A stretch of DNA of 64,000 nt, from the NCBI RefSeq assembly GCF_009914755.1, contig NC_060933.1. One strand, written 5' to 3'. The DNA comes from the human T2T-CHM13v2.0 reference genome, Homo sapiens. The notes beneath the pieces were generated by a model. That model worked only from the letters and a program-made list of their open reading frames with translations. It was not told where the DNA came from and made no database searches. A program made the translations under genes and the position numbers. Positions within the stretch are counted from its first letter, which is position 1; every line of letters begins with the position of its first letter. Positions 39,501 to 54,600 of this stretch are shown one piece after another.

Positions 39501-42500
39501 TTAGACTCCATTACATTCCATTCCATTCCGTTCCATTGTACTCGGGTTGATTCCATTCCATTGCATTCCATTCCATTCCATTCCATTCCGTTCCATTCCA
39601 TTCCATTCCATTCCATTCCGTTTCATTCCATTACATTCGGATTGATTCTATTCAACTCCCTTACTCTCCATTACATTCCATTCCATTCGGGTTGTTCCAT
39701 TCCATTCCATTCCATTCCACTCCATTCCATTGCACTCGGGTTGATTCCATTCCATTCCATTCCATTCTATTCGATTCCATTCCATTCCAATTCTTTCCAT
39801 TCCATTCTATTCCGTACCATGCCATTCCATTCCATACAATTCCATTCCATTCCATTCCACTCCGTTCCGTTCCGTTCCGTTCCGTTCCATTCCATTCCAT
39901 TCCATTCTATTCGGGTTAATTCCATTCCATTCCATTCGATTGCAATCGAGTTGATTCCATTCCATTCCATTCCATTCCATTCCATTCCATTCCATTCCTT
40001 TCCATTCCATTACGGATGATTCCATTACATTGCATTCCATTTCATTCCATTCCCCTGTACTCGGGTTGATTCCATTCCATTCCATTCCAATCCATGCCAT
40101 TCCACTCGTGTTGATTCCATTCTTTCCATTCCATTCAAGTTGAATCCATTCCATTGCCTTCCATTCCATTCCATTCCCCTGCAGTCGGGTTGATTCCATT
40201 CCATTCCATCCATTCCATTCCATTCCATTCCATTCCATTCCGTTCCGTTCCATTCCATTCCATTCCATTCTATTCGGGTTAATTCCATTCCATTCCATTC
40301 CATTCCAATCGAGTTGATTCCATTCCATTCCATTCCATTCCATTCCACTCCATTCCAGTCCTTTCCATTCCATTCCACTCGGGTTGATTCCAATGTATTC
40401 CTTTCCATTCCATTCCATTCCATTGCAATCGAGTTGATTCCATTGCTTTGCATTCCATTCCATTCCATTCCATTCCGGATGATTCCATTCCTTTGCATTC
40501 CATTCCATTCCATTCCCCTGCACTCGGGTTGATTCCATTCCATTCCATTCCATTCCATTCCATTCCATTTCGTTCCATTCCATTCTATTCCGTATCATTC
40601 CATTCCATTCCATTCCATTCCATTCCATTCCATTCCATTCCACTGTGCTCGGGTTGATTCAATTCCATTGCATTCCATTCCATTCCATTCCATTCCATTC
40701 CGTTGCATTCCATTCCATTACATTCGGATTGATTCTATTCAACTCCCTTACTCTCCATTACATTCCATTCCATTCTGGTTGTTCCATTCCATTCCATTCC
40801 ATTCCACTCCATTCCATTGCACTCGGGTTGATTCCATTCCATTCCATTCCATTCCATTCCATTCCATTCCGGATGATTCCATTCCATTGCATTCCTTTCC
40901 ATTTCATTCCCCTGCACTCGCGTTGATTCCATTCCGTTCCATTCCATTCCATTCAATTCCATTCCATTACAATTCGTTCCATTCCATTCTATTCCGTACC
41001 ATTCCATTCCATTCCATACAATTGCATTCCATTCCATTCCATTCCATTCCATTCCGTTCCATTCCGTTCCATTGCATTCCATTCCATTCTATTCGGATTA
41101 ATTCCATTCCATTCCATTCCATTCCATTCTATTCCATTCCATTGCAATCGAGTTGAATCCATTGCATTTCATTCCATTCCATTCCATTCCATTTCATTCC
41201 ATTCCGGAAGATTCCATTCCATTGCATTCCATTCCATTCCATTCCCCTGCACTCGCGTTGATTCCATTCCATTACATTCCATTCCATTCCGTTCCGTTCC
41301 ATTCCATTCCATTCCATTCCATTCCATTCCATTCCGTTCCGTTCCATTCCATTCCATTCCATTCTATTCGGGTTAATTCCATTCCATTCCATTCGATTGC
41401 AATCGAGTTGATTCCATTCCATTCCATTCCATTCCATTCCATTCCATTCCATTCCATTCCATTCCTTTCCATTCCATTACGGTTGATTCCATTCCATTGC
41501 ATTCCATTCCATTCCATTCCCCTGTACTCGGGTTGATTCCATTCCATTCCATTCCAATCCATGCCATTCCACTCGTGTTGATTCCATTCTTTCCATTCCA
41601 TTCAAGTTGAATCCATTCCATTGCATTCCATTCCATTCGATTCCATTTGATTGCACTCGGGTTGATTCCATTCCATTGCATTCCATTACATTCCATTCCA
41701 TTCCATTCCATTCCATTCAGTTCCATTCCATTCCATTACATTCGGATTGATTCTATTCAATTCCCTTAAACTCCATTACATTCCATTCGGGTAGTTTCCA
41801 TTGCATTCCATTCCATTCCTCTCCATTCCATTGCACTCGGGTTGATTCCATTCCATTGCATTCCATTCCATTCCATTCAATTCCATTCCGTTCCATTCCA
41901 TTCCATTACATTCGGATTGATTCTATTCAACTCCCTTACTCTCCATTACATTCCATTCCATTCGGGTTGTTCCATTCCATTCCATTCCATTCCACTCCAT
42001 TCCATTGCAATCGGGTTGATTCCATTCAATTCCATTCCATTCCATTCCATTCCATTCCGGAAGATTCCATTCCATTGCATTCCATTCCATTCCATTCCCC
42101 TGCACTCGCGTTGATTCCATTCCATTCCATTCCATTCCATTCCATTCCTTTCCGTTCCATTCCATTCCATTCCATTCCAATCCATTCCATTCCGTTCCGT
42201 TCCGTTCCATTCCATTCCATTCCATTCTATTCGGGTTAATTCCATTCCATTCCGTTCGATTGCAATCGAGTTGATTCCATTCCATTCCATTCCATTCCAT
42301 TCCATTCCTTTCCATTCCATTACGGATGATTCCATTCCATTGCATTCCATCCCATTCCATTCCTCTGTACTCGGGTTGATTCCATTCCATTCCATTCCAA
42401 TCCATGCCATTCCACTCGTGTTGATTCCATTCTTTCCATTTCATTCAAGTTGAATCCATTCCTTTGCATTCCATTCCATTCCATTCCCCTGCAGTCGGGT

Positions 42501-45500
42501 TGTTTCCATTCCATTCCATTCCATTCCCCTGCTGTCGGGTTGTTTCCATTCCATTCCATTCCATTCCATTCCATTCCGTTCCATTCCATTCCGTTCCATT
42601 CCATTCTATTCGGGTTAATTCCATTCCATTCCATTCCATTCCATTCCATTCCATTCCAATCGAGTTGATTCCATTCCATTCCATTCCATTCCATTCCACT
42701 CCATTCCAGTCCTTTCCATTCCATTCCACTCGGGTTGATTCCAATGTATTCCTTTCCATTCCATTCCATTCCATTGCAATCGAGTTGATTCCATTGCTTT
42801 GCATTCCATTCCATTCCATTCCATTCCGGATGATTCCATTCCATTGCATTCCATTCCATTCCATTCCCCTGCACTCGGGTTGATTCCATTCCATTCCACT
42901 CCATTCCGTTCCATTCCATTCCATTGCATTGTATTCGGGTTAATTCCATTCCATTCCATTCCATTCCATTCCATTCCATTCCATTCCATTACAATCTAGT
43001 TGATTCCATTCCATTCCATTCCATTCCAGTCCTTTCCATTCCATTCCACTCGGGTTGATTCCATTCTATTAGTTTCCATTCCATTCCATTAACTTCCATT
43101 CCACTCTGGTTGATTCCATTCCTTTCCATTCCACTCGAATACATTCCCTCCTATTCCACTCGGAACGATTCCATTCCATTCCATTCCATTCCATTCCATT
43201 CCGTTCCATTCCATTCTATTCCGTATCCTTCCATTCCATTCCATTCCATTCCATTCCCCTGCAGTCGGGTTGTTTCCATTCCATTCCATTCCCTTCCATT
43301 CCATTCCATTCCGATCCGTTCCATTCCATTCCATTCCATTCTATTTTGGTTAATTCCATTCCATTCCATTCCATTCCATTCCATTCCAATCGAGTTGATT
43401 CCATTCCATTCCATTCCATTCCATTCCACTCCATTCCAGTCCTTTCCATTCCATTCCACTCGGGTTGATTCCAATGTATTCCTTTCCATTCCATTCCATT
43501 CCATTGCAATCGAGTTGATTCCATTGCTTTGCATTCCATTCCATTCCATTCCATTCCGGATGATTCCATTCCATTGCATTCCATTCCATTCCATTCCTCT
43601 CCATTCCATTGCACTTGGGTTGATTCCATTCCATTCCATTCCATTCCATTCCATTCCATTACATTCCATTCCGTTCCTTTGTACTCGGGTTGATTCCATT
43701 CCATTGCATTCCATTCCATTCCATTCCATTCCATTCCATTCCATTCCATTCCATTCCGTTCCATTCCATTACATTCGGATTGATTCTATTCAACTCCCTT
43801 ACTCTCCATTACATTCCATTCCATTCGGGTTGTTCCATTCCATTCCATTCCATTCCACTCCATTCCATTGCGCTCGGGTTGATTCCATTCCATTCCATTC
43901 CATTCCATTCCATTCCATTCCATTCCATTCCGGATGATTCCATTCCATTGCATTCCGTTCCATTACACTCCCTTGCACTCGGGTTGATTCCATTCCATTC
44001 CATTCCATTCCATTCGATTCCATTCCATTCCAATTCTTTCCATTCCATTCTATTCCGTACCATTCCATTCCATTCCATACAATTCCATTCCATTCCATTC
44101 CACTCCGTTCCGTTCCTTTCCGTTCTGTTCCGTTCCATTCCATTCCATTGCATTCTATTCGGTTTAATTCCATTCCATTCCATTCCATTCCATTCCATTC
44201 TATTCCATTCCATTGCAATCGAGTTGAATCCATTGCATTCCATTCCATTCCATTCCATTCCATTCCGGAAGATTGCATTCCATTGCATTCCATTCCATTC
44301 CATTCCATTCCATTCCATTCCATTCCATTCCATTGTACTCGGGTTGATTCCATTCCATTGCATTCCATTCCATTCCATTCCATTCCGTTCCATTCCATTC
44401 CATTACATTCGGATTGATTCTTTTCAACTCCCTTACTCTCCATTACATTCCATTCCATTCGGGTTGTTCCATTCCATTCCATTCCATTCCACTTCATTCC
44501 ATTGCACTCGGGTTGATTCCATTCCATTCCATTCCGGATGATTCCATGCCATTGCATTCCGTTCCATTACATTCCCCTGCACTCGGGTTGATTCCATTCC
44601 ATTCCTTTCCATTCCATTCGATTCCATTCCATTCCCCTGCACGCGCGTTGATTCCATTCCATTCCATTCCTTTCCATTCCATTCCTTTCCCTTCCATTCC
44701 ATTCCATTCCATTCCATTCCGTTCCGTTCCATACCATTCCATTCCATTCTATTCGGGTTAATTCCATTCCATTCCATTCGATTGCAATCGAGTTGATTCC
44801 ATTCCATTCCATACCATTCGATTGCAATCGAGTTGATTCCATTCCATTCCATTACATTCAATTCCATTCCAGTCCTTTCCATTCCTTTCCATTCCATTAC
44901 TGATGATTCCATTCTATTGCATTCCATTCCATTCCATTCCCCTGTACTCGGGTTGATTCCATTCCATTCCATTCCAATCCATGCCATTCCACTCGTGTTG
45001 ATTCCATTCTTTCCTTTCCATTCAAGTTGAATCCATTCCATTGCATTCCATTCCATTCGATTCCATTCAATTGCACTCGGGTTGATACCATTCCATTGCA
45101 TTCCATTCCATTCCATTCCATTCCGTTCCATTCCATTTCATTACATTCAGATTGATTCTATTCAATTCCCTTACACTCCAATATATTCCAATCCATTCTG
45201 GTTGTTTCCATTCCATTCCATTCCATTTCACTCCATTCCATTGCACTCGGGTTGATTCCATTCCATTCCATTCCATTGCATTCCATTCCATTCCATTCCG
45301 GATGATTCCATTCCATTGCATTCCATTCCATTCCATTCGCCTGCACTCGGGTTGATTCCATTTCATTCCATTCCATTACATTCCGTTCCATTCCATTCCA
45401 TTCCATTCGGATTGATTCTATTCAATTCCCTTACGCTCCATTACATTCCATTCCATTCGGGTAGTTTCCATTCCATTCCATTCCATTCCTCTCCATTCCA

Positions 45501-48500
45501 TTGCACTCGGGTTGATTCCATTCCATTCCATTCCATTCCATTCCATTCCATTCCATTACATTCCATTCCATTCCGTTCCATTGTACTCGGGTTGATCCCA
45601 TTCCATTGCATTCCATTCCATTCCATTCCATTCCATTCCATTCCATTCCGTTCCATTCCATTACATTCGGATTGATTCTATTCAACTCCCTTACTCTCCA
45701 TTACATTCCATTCCATTCGGGTTGTTCCATTCCATTCCATTCCATTCCACTCCATTCCATTGCACTCGGGTTGATTCCATTCCATTCCATTCCATTCCAT
45801 TCCATTCCATTCCATTCCATTCCGGATGATTCCATTCCATTGCATTCCTTTCCATTACATTCCCCTGCACTCGGGTTGATTCCATTCCATTCCATTCCAT
45901 TCCATTCTATTCCATTCCATTCCAATTCTTTCCATTCCATTCTATTCCGTACCATGCCATACCATTCCATACAATTCCATTCCATTCCATTCCACTCCGT
46001 TCCGTTCCATTCCGTTCCTTTCCGTTCCATTCCATTCCGTTCCATTGTATTCGGGTTAATTCCATTTCATTCCATTCGATTGCAATCGAGTTGATTCCAT
46101 TCCATTCCATTCCATTCCATTCCATTCCATTCCTTTCCATTCCATTACGGATGATTCCATTCCATTGCATTCCATTCCATTCCATTCCCCTGTACTCGGG
46201 TTGATTCCATTCCATTCCATTCCAATCCATGCCATTCCACTCGTGTTGATTCCATTCTTTCCATTCCATTCAAGTTGAATCCATTCCATTGCCTTCCATT
46301 CCATTCCATTCCCCTGCAGTCGGGTTGATTCCATTCCGTTCCATTCCATTCCATTCCATTCCATTCCAATCCGTTCCGTTCCATTCCATTCCATTCCATT
46401 GTATTCGGGTTAATTCCATTCCATTCTATTCCATTCCATTCCAATCGAGTTGATTCCATTCCATTCCATTCCATTCCATTCCACTCCATTCCAGTCCTTT
46501 CCATTCCATTCCACTCGGGTTGATTCCAATGTATTCCTTTCCATTCCATTCCATTCCATTGCAATCGAGTTGATTCCATTGCTTTGCATTCCATTCCATT
46601 CCATTCCATTCCGGATGATTCCATTCCATTGCATTCCATTCCATTCCATTCCCCTGCACTCGGGTTGATTCCATTCCATTCCACTCCATTCCGTTCCATT
46701 CCATTCCATTCCATTTTATTCGGGTTAATTCCATTCCATTCCATTCCATTCCATTCCATTCCATTCCATTCCATTCCATTCCATTCCATTACAATCGAGT
46801 TGATTCCATTCCATTCCATTCCATTCCAGTCCTTTCCTTTCCATTCCACTCGGGTTGATTCCATTCTATTAGTTTCCATTCCATTCCATTCCCTTCCATT
46901 CCACTCTGGTTGATACCATTCCTTTCCATTCCACTCGAATACATTCCCTCCTATTCCACTCGGAACGATTCCATTCCATTCCATTCCATTCCATTCCATT
47001 CCATTCCATTCCATTCCATTCCATTCCATTCCATTTCGTTCCATTCCATTCTATTCCGTATCATTCCATTCCATTCCATTCCATTCCATTCCATTCCATT
47101 CCATTGTACTCGGGTTGATTCAATTCCATTGCATTCCATTCCATTCCATTCCATTCCATTCCGTTGCATTCCATTCCATTACATTCGGATTGATTCTATT
47201 CAACTCCCTTACTCTCCATTACATTCCATTCCATTCGGGTTGTTCCATTCCATTCCATTCCATTCCACTCCATTCCATTGCACTCGGGTTGATTCCATTC
47301 CATTCCATTCCATTCCATTCCATTCCGGATGATTCCATTCCATTGCATTCCTTTCCATTACATTCCCCTGCACTCGCGTTGATTCCATTCCATTCCATTC
47401 CATTCCATTCAATTCCATTCCATTACAATTCGTTCCATTCCATTCTATTCCGTACCATTCCATTCCGTTCCATACAATTCCATTCCATTCCATTCCATTC
47501 CATTCCGTTCCATTCCGTTCCATTGCATTCCATTCCATTCTATTCGGATTAATTCCATTCCATTCCATTCCATTCTATTCCATTCCATTGCAATCGAGTT
47601 GAATCCATTGCATTTCATTCCATTCCATTCCATTCCATTCCATTCCGGAAGATTCCATTCCATTGCATTCCATTCCATTCCATTCCCCTGCACTCGCGTT
47701 GATTCCATTCCATTCCATTCCATTCCATTCCGTTCCGTTCCATTCCATTCCATTCCATTCCATTCCATTCCATTCCGTTCCGTTCCATTCCATTCCATTC
47801 CATTCTATTCGGGTTAATTCCATTCCATTCCATTCGATGGCAATCGAGTTGATTCCATTCCATTCCATTCCATTCCATTCCATTCCATTCCATTCCTTTC
47901 CATTCCATTACGGTTGATTCCATTCCATTGCATTCCATTCCATTCCATTCCCCTGTACTCGGGTTGATTCCATTCCATTCCATTCCAATCCATGCCATTC
48001 CACTCGTGTTGATTCCATTCTTTCCATTCCATTCAAGTTGAATCCATTCCATTGCATTCCATTCCATTCGATTCCATTTGATTGCACTCGGGTTGATTCC
48101 ATTCCATTGCATTCCATTCCATTCCATTCCATTCCATTCCATTCCGTTCCATTCCATTCCATTACATTCGGATTGATTCTATTCAATTCCCTTACACTCC
48201 ATTACATTCGATTCGGGTAGTTTCCATTGCATTCCATTCCATTCCTCTCCATTCCATTGCACTCGGGTTGATTCCATTCCATTGCATTCCATTCCATTCC
48301 ATTCCATTCCATTCCGTTCCATTCCATTCCATTACATTCGGATTGATTCTATTCAACTCCCTTACTCTCCATTACATTCCATTCCATTCGGGTTGTTCCA
48401 TTCCATTCCATTCCATTCCACTCCATTCCATTGCACTCGGGTTGATTCCATTCCATTCCATTCCATTCCTTTCCATTCCATTCCGGAAGATTCCATTCCA

Positions 48501-48600
48501 TTGCATTCCATTCCATTCCATTCCCCTGCACTCGCGTTGATTCCATTCCATTCCATTCTATTCCATTCCACTCCCTTCCTTTCCGTTCCATTCCATTCCA
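30600..48600 (+). repeat. Mosaic ~9.3-10.1 kb tandem super-repeat (30.6-39.3 kb vs 40.0-48.6 kb)
   Basis: ACTGTGCTCGGG at 31261/40642 (offset 9381), CACGCGCGTTG at 34564/44640 (10076) and CGATGGCAATC at 38545/47835 (9290). Matching ORF pairs occur at the same offsets. Confidence 0.8.
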
Positions 48601-51600
48601 TTCCATTCCATTCCATTCCATTCCAATCCGTTCCGTTCCATTCCATTCCATTCCATTCTATTCGGGTTAATTCCATTCCATTCCATTCGATTGCAATCGA
48701 GTTGATTCCATTCCATTCCATTCCATTCCATTCCATTCCTTTCCATTCCATTACGGATGATTCCATTCCATTGCATTCCATTCCATTCCATTCCCCTGTA
48801 CTCGGGTTGATTCCATTCCATTCCATTCCAATCCATGCCATTCCACTCGTGTTGATTCCATTCTTTCCATTCCATTCAAGTTGAATCCATTCCATTGCAT
48901 TCCATTCCATTCGATTCCATTCGATTGCAGTCGGGTTGATTCCATTCCACTGCATTCCATTCCATTCCATTCCATTCCATTCCATTCCATTCCATTCCGT
49001 TCCATTCCATTCCATTACATTCGGATTGATTCTATTCAATTCCCTTAGACTCCATTACATTCCATTCCATTCGGGTAGTTTGCATTCCATTCCATTCCAT
49101 TCCTCTCCATTCCATTGCACTCGGGTTGATTCCATTCCATTGCATTCCATTCCATTCCATTCCATTCCATTCCGTTCCATTCCATTCCATTACATTCGGA
49201 TTGATTCTATTCAACTCCCTTACTCTCCATTACATTCCATTCCATTCGGGTTGTTCCATTCCATTCCATTCCATTCCACTCCATTCCATTGCACTCGGGT
49301 TGATTCCATTCCATTCCATTCCATTCCTTTCCATTCCATTCCGGAAGATTCCATTCCATTGCATTCCATTCCATTCCATTCCCCTGCACTCGCGTTGATT
49401 CCATTCCATTCCATTCTATTCCATTCCACTCCCTTCCTTTCCGTTCCATTCCATTCCATTCCATTCCATTCCATTCCATTCCAATCCGTTCCGTTCCATT
49501 CCATTCCATTCCATTCTATTCGGGTTAATTCCATTCCATTCCATTCGATTGCAATCGAGTTGATTCCATTCCATTCCATTCCATTCCATTCCATTCCTTT
49601 CCATTCCATTACGGATGATTCCATTCCATTGCATTCCATTCCATTCCATTCCCCTGTACTCGGGTTGATTCCATTCCATTCCATTCCAATCCATGCCATT
49701 CCACTCGTGTTGATTCCATTCTTTCCATTCCATTCAAGTTGAATCCATTCCATTGCATTCCATTCCATTCGATTCCATTCGATTGCAGTCGGGTTGATTC
49801 CATTCCACTGCATTCCATTCCATTCCATTCCATTCCATTCCATTCCATTCCATTCCGTTCCATTCCATTCCATTACATTCGGATTGATTCTATTCAATTC
49901 CCTTAGACTCCATTACATTCCATTCCATTCGGGTAGTTTGCATTCCATTCCATTCCATTCCTCTCCATTCCATTGCACTCGGGTTGATTCCATTCCATTG
50001 CATTCCATTCCATTCCATTCAATTCCATTCCGTTCCATTCCATTCCATTACATTCGGATTGATTCTATTCAACTCCCTTACTCTCCATTACATTCCATTC
50101 CATTCGGGTTGTTCCATTCCATTCCATTCCATTCCACTCCATTCCATTGCACTCGGGTTGATTCCATTCCATTCCATTCCATTCCATTCCATTCCATTCC
50201 ATTCCGGAAGATTCCATTCCATTGCATTCCATTCCATTCCATTCCCCTGCACTCGCGTTGATTCCATTCCATTCCATTCCATTCCATTCCATTCCATTCC
50301 ATTCCTTTCCGTTCCATTCCATTCCATTCCGTTCCATTCCAATCCATTCCATTCCGTTCCGTTCCGTTCCATTCCATTCCATTCCATTCTATTCGGGTTA
50401 ATTCCATTCCATTCCGTTCAATTGCAATCGAGTTGATTCCATTCCATTCCATTCCATTCCATTCCATTCCTTTCCATTCCATTACGGATGATTCCATTCC
50501 ATTGCATTCCATTCCATTCCATTCCCCTGTACTCGGGTTGATTCCATTCCATTCCATTCCAATCCATGCCATTCCACTCGTGTTGATTCCATTCTTTCCA
50601 TTCCATTCAAGTTGAATCCATTCCATTGCATTCCATTCCATTCCATTCCCCTGCAGTCGGGTTGTTTCCATTCCATTCCATTCCATTCCATTCCATTCCA
50701 TTCCGTTCCGTTCCATTCCATTCCATTCCATTCTATTCGGGTTAATTCCATTCCATTCCATTCCATTCCATTCCATTCCATTCCATTCCATTCCAATCGA
50801 GTTGATTCCATTCCATTCCATTCCATTCCATTCCACTCCATTCCAGTCCTTTCCATTCCATTCCACTCGGGTTGATTCCAATGTATTCCTTTCCATTCCA
50901 TTCCATTCCATTGCAATCGAGTTGATTCCATTGCTTTGCATTCCATTCCATTCCATTCCATTCCGGGTGATTGCATTCCATTGCATTCCATTCCATTCCA
51001 TTCCCTTGCACTCGGGTTGATTCCATTCCATTCCACTCCATTCCGTTCCATTCCATTCCATTCCATTGTATTCGGGTTAATTCCATTCCATTACATTCCA
51101 TTCCATTCCATTACAATCGAGTTGATTCCATTCCATTCCATTCCATTCCAGTCCTTTCCATTCCATTCCACTCGGGTTGATTCCATTCTATTAGTTTCCA
51201 TTCCATTCCATTCCCTTCCATTCCACTCTGGTTGATTCCAGTCCTTTCCATTCCACTCGAATACATTCCCTCCTATTCCCCTCGGAATGATTCCATTCCA
51301 TTCCATTCCATTCCATTCCATTCCATTCCATTCCATTCCATTCCATGCCATTTCGTTCCATTCCATTCCATTCCGTATCATTCCATTCCGTTCCATTCCA
51401 TTCCATTCCGTATCATTCCATTCCATTCCATTCCATTCCATTCCATTCCATTCCATTCAATTGTACTCCGGTTGATTCAATTCCATTGCATTCCATTCCA
51501 TTCCATTCCACTCCATTCCGTTGCATTCCATTCCATTACATTCGGATTGATTCTATTAAACTCCCTTACTCTCCATTACATTCCATTCCATTCGGGTTGT

Positions 51601-54600
51601 TCCATTCCATTCCATTCCATTCCAATCCATTCCATTGCACTCGGGTTGATTCCATTCCATTCCATTCCATTCCGGATGATTCCATTCCATTGCATTCCGT
51701 TCCATTACATTCTATTCCGTACCATTCCATTCCATTCCATACCATTCCATTCCATTCCATTCCATTCCATTCCATTCCATTCCATTCCATTCTATTCGGA
51801 TTAATTCCATTCCATTCCATTCCATTCCATTCCATTCTATTCCATTCCATTGCAAACGAGTTGAATCCATTGCATTTCATTCCATTCCATTCCATTCCAT
51901 TCCATTCCGGAAGATTCCATTCCATTGCATTCCATTCCATTCCATTCCCCTGCACTCGCGTTGATTCCATTCCATTCCATTCCATTCCATTCCGTTCCGT
52001 TCCATTCCATTCCATTCCATTCCATTCCATTCCATTCCGTTCCGTTCCATTCCATTCCATTCCATTCTATTCGGGTTAATTCCATTCCATTCCATTCGAT
52101 GGCAATCGAGTTGATTCCATTCCATTCCATTCCATTCCATTCCATTCCATTCCTTTCCATTCCATTACGGTTGATTCCATTCCATTGCATTCCATTCCAT
52201 TCCATTCCCCTGTACTCGGGTTGATTCCATTCCATTCCATTCCAATCCATGCCATTCCACTCGTGTTGATTCCATTCTTTCCATTCCATTCAAGTTGAAT
52301 CCATTCCATTGCATTCCATTCCATTCGATTCCATTTGATTGCACTCGGGTTGATTCCATTCCATTGCATTCCATTCCATTCCATTCCATTCCATTCCATT
52401 CCGTTCCATTCCATTCCATTACATTCGGATTGATTCTATTCAATTCCCTTACACTCCATTACATTCGATTCGGGTAGTTTCCATTGCATTCCATTCCATT
52501 CCTCTCCATTCCATTGCACTCGGGTTGATTCCATTCCATTGCATTCCATTCCATTCCATTCAATTCCATTCCGTTCCATTCCATTCCATTACATTCGGAT
52601 TGATTCTATTCAACTCCCTTACTCTCCATTACATTCCATTCCATTCGGGTTGTTCCATTCCATTCCATTCCATTCCACTCCATTCCATTGCACTCGGGTT
52701 TATTCCATTCCATTCCATTCCATTCCTTTCCATTCCATTCCGGAAGATTCCATTCCATTGCATTCCATTCCATTCCATTCCCCTGCACTCGCGTTGATTC
52801 CATTCCATTCCATTCTATTCCATTCCACTCCCTTCCTTTCCGTTCCATTCCATTCCATTCCATTCCATTCCAATCCGTTCCGTTCCATTCCATTCCATTC
52901 CATTCTATTCGGGTTAATTCCATTCCATTCCATTCGATTGCAATCGAGTTGATTCCATTCCATTCCATTCCATTCCATTCCATTCCTTTCCATTCCATTA
53001 CGGATGATTCCATTCCATTGCATTCCATTCCATTCCATTCCCCTGTACTCGGGTTGATTCCATTCCATTCCATTCCAATCCATGCCATTCCACTCGTGTT
53101 GATTCCATTCTTTCCATTCCATTCAAGTTGAATCCATTCCATTGCATTCCATTCCATTCGATTCCATTCGATTGCAGTCGGGTTGATTCCATTCCACTGC
53201 ATTCCATTCCATTCCATTCCATTCCATTCCATTCCATTCCATTCCATTCCATTCCGTACCATTCCATTCCATTACATTCGGATTGATTCTATTCAATTCC
53301 CTTAGACTCCATTACATTCCATTCAATTCGGGTAGTTTGCATTCCATTCCATTCCATTCCTCTCCATTCCATTGCACTCGGGTTGATTCCATTCCATTGC
53401 ATTCCATTCCATTCCATTCAATTCCATTCCGTTCCATTCCATTCCATTACATTCGGATTGATTCTATTCAACTCCCTTACTCTCCATTACATTCCATTCC
53501 ATTCGGGTTGTTCCATTCCATTCCATTCCATTCCACTCCATTCCATTGCACTCGGGTTGATTCCATTCCATTCCATTCCATTCCATTCCATTCCATTCCA
53601 TTCCGGAAGATTCCATTCCATTGCATTCCATTCCATTCCATTCCCCTGCACTCGCGTTGATTCCATTCCATTCCATTCCATTCCATTCCATTCCATTCCA
53701 TTCCTTTCCGTTCCATTCCATTCCATTCCGTTCCATTCCAATCCATTCCATTCCGTTCCGTTCCGTTCCATTCCATTCCATTCCATTCTATTCGGGTTAA
53801 TTCCATTCCATTCCGTTCAATTGCAATCGAGTTGATTCCATTCCATTCCATTCCATTCCATTCCATTCCTTTCCATTCCATTACGGATGATTCCACTCCA
53901 TTGCATTCCATTCCATTCCATTCCCCTGTACTCGGGTTGATTCCATTCCATTCCATTCCAATCCATGCCATTCCACTCGTGTTGATTCCATTCTTTCCAT
54001 TCCATTCAAGTTGAATCCATTCCATTGCATTCCATTCCATTCCATTCCCCTGTAGTCGGGTTGTTTCCATTCCATTCCATTCCATTCCATTCCATTCCAT
54101 TCCATTCCGTTCCGTTCCATTCCATTCCATTCCATTCTATTCGGGTTAATTCCATTCCATTCCATTCCATTCCATTCCATTCCATTCCATTCCATTCCAA
54201 TCGAGTTGATTCCATTCCATTCCATTCCTTTCCATTCCACTCCATTCCAGTCCTTTCCATTCCATTCCACTCGGGTTGATTCCAAAGTATTCCTTTCCAT
54301 TCCATTCCATTCCATTGCAATCGAGTTGATTCCATTGCTTTGCATTCCATTCCATTCCATTCCATTCCGGGTGATTCCATTCCATTGCATTCCATTCCAT
54401 TCCATTCCCCTGCACTCGGGTTGATTCCATTCCATTCCACTCCATTCCGTTCCATTCCATTCCATTCCATTGTATTCGGGTTAATTCCATTCCATTCCAT
54501 TCCATTCCATTCCATTACAATCGAGTTGATTCCATTCCATTCCATTCCATTCCATTCCAGTCCTTTCCATTCCATTCCACTCGGGTTGATTCCATTCTAT

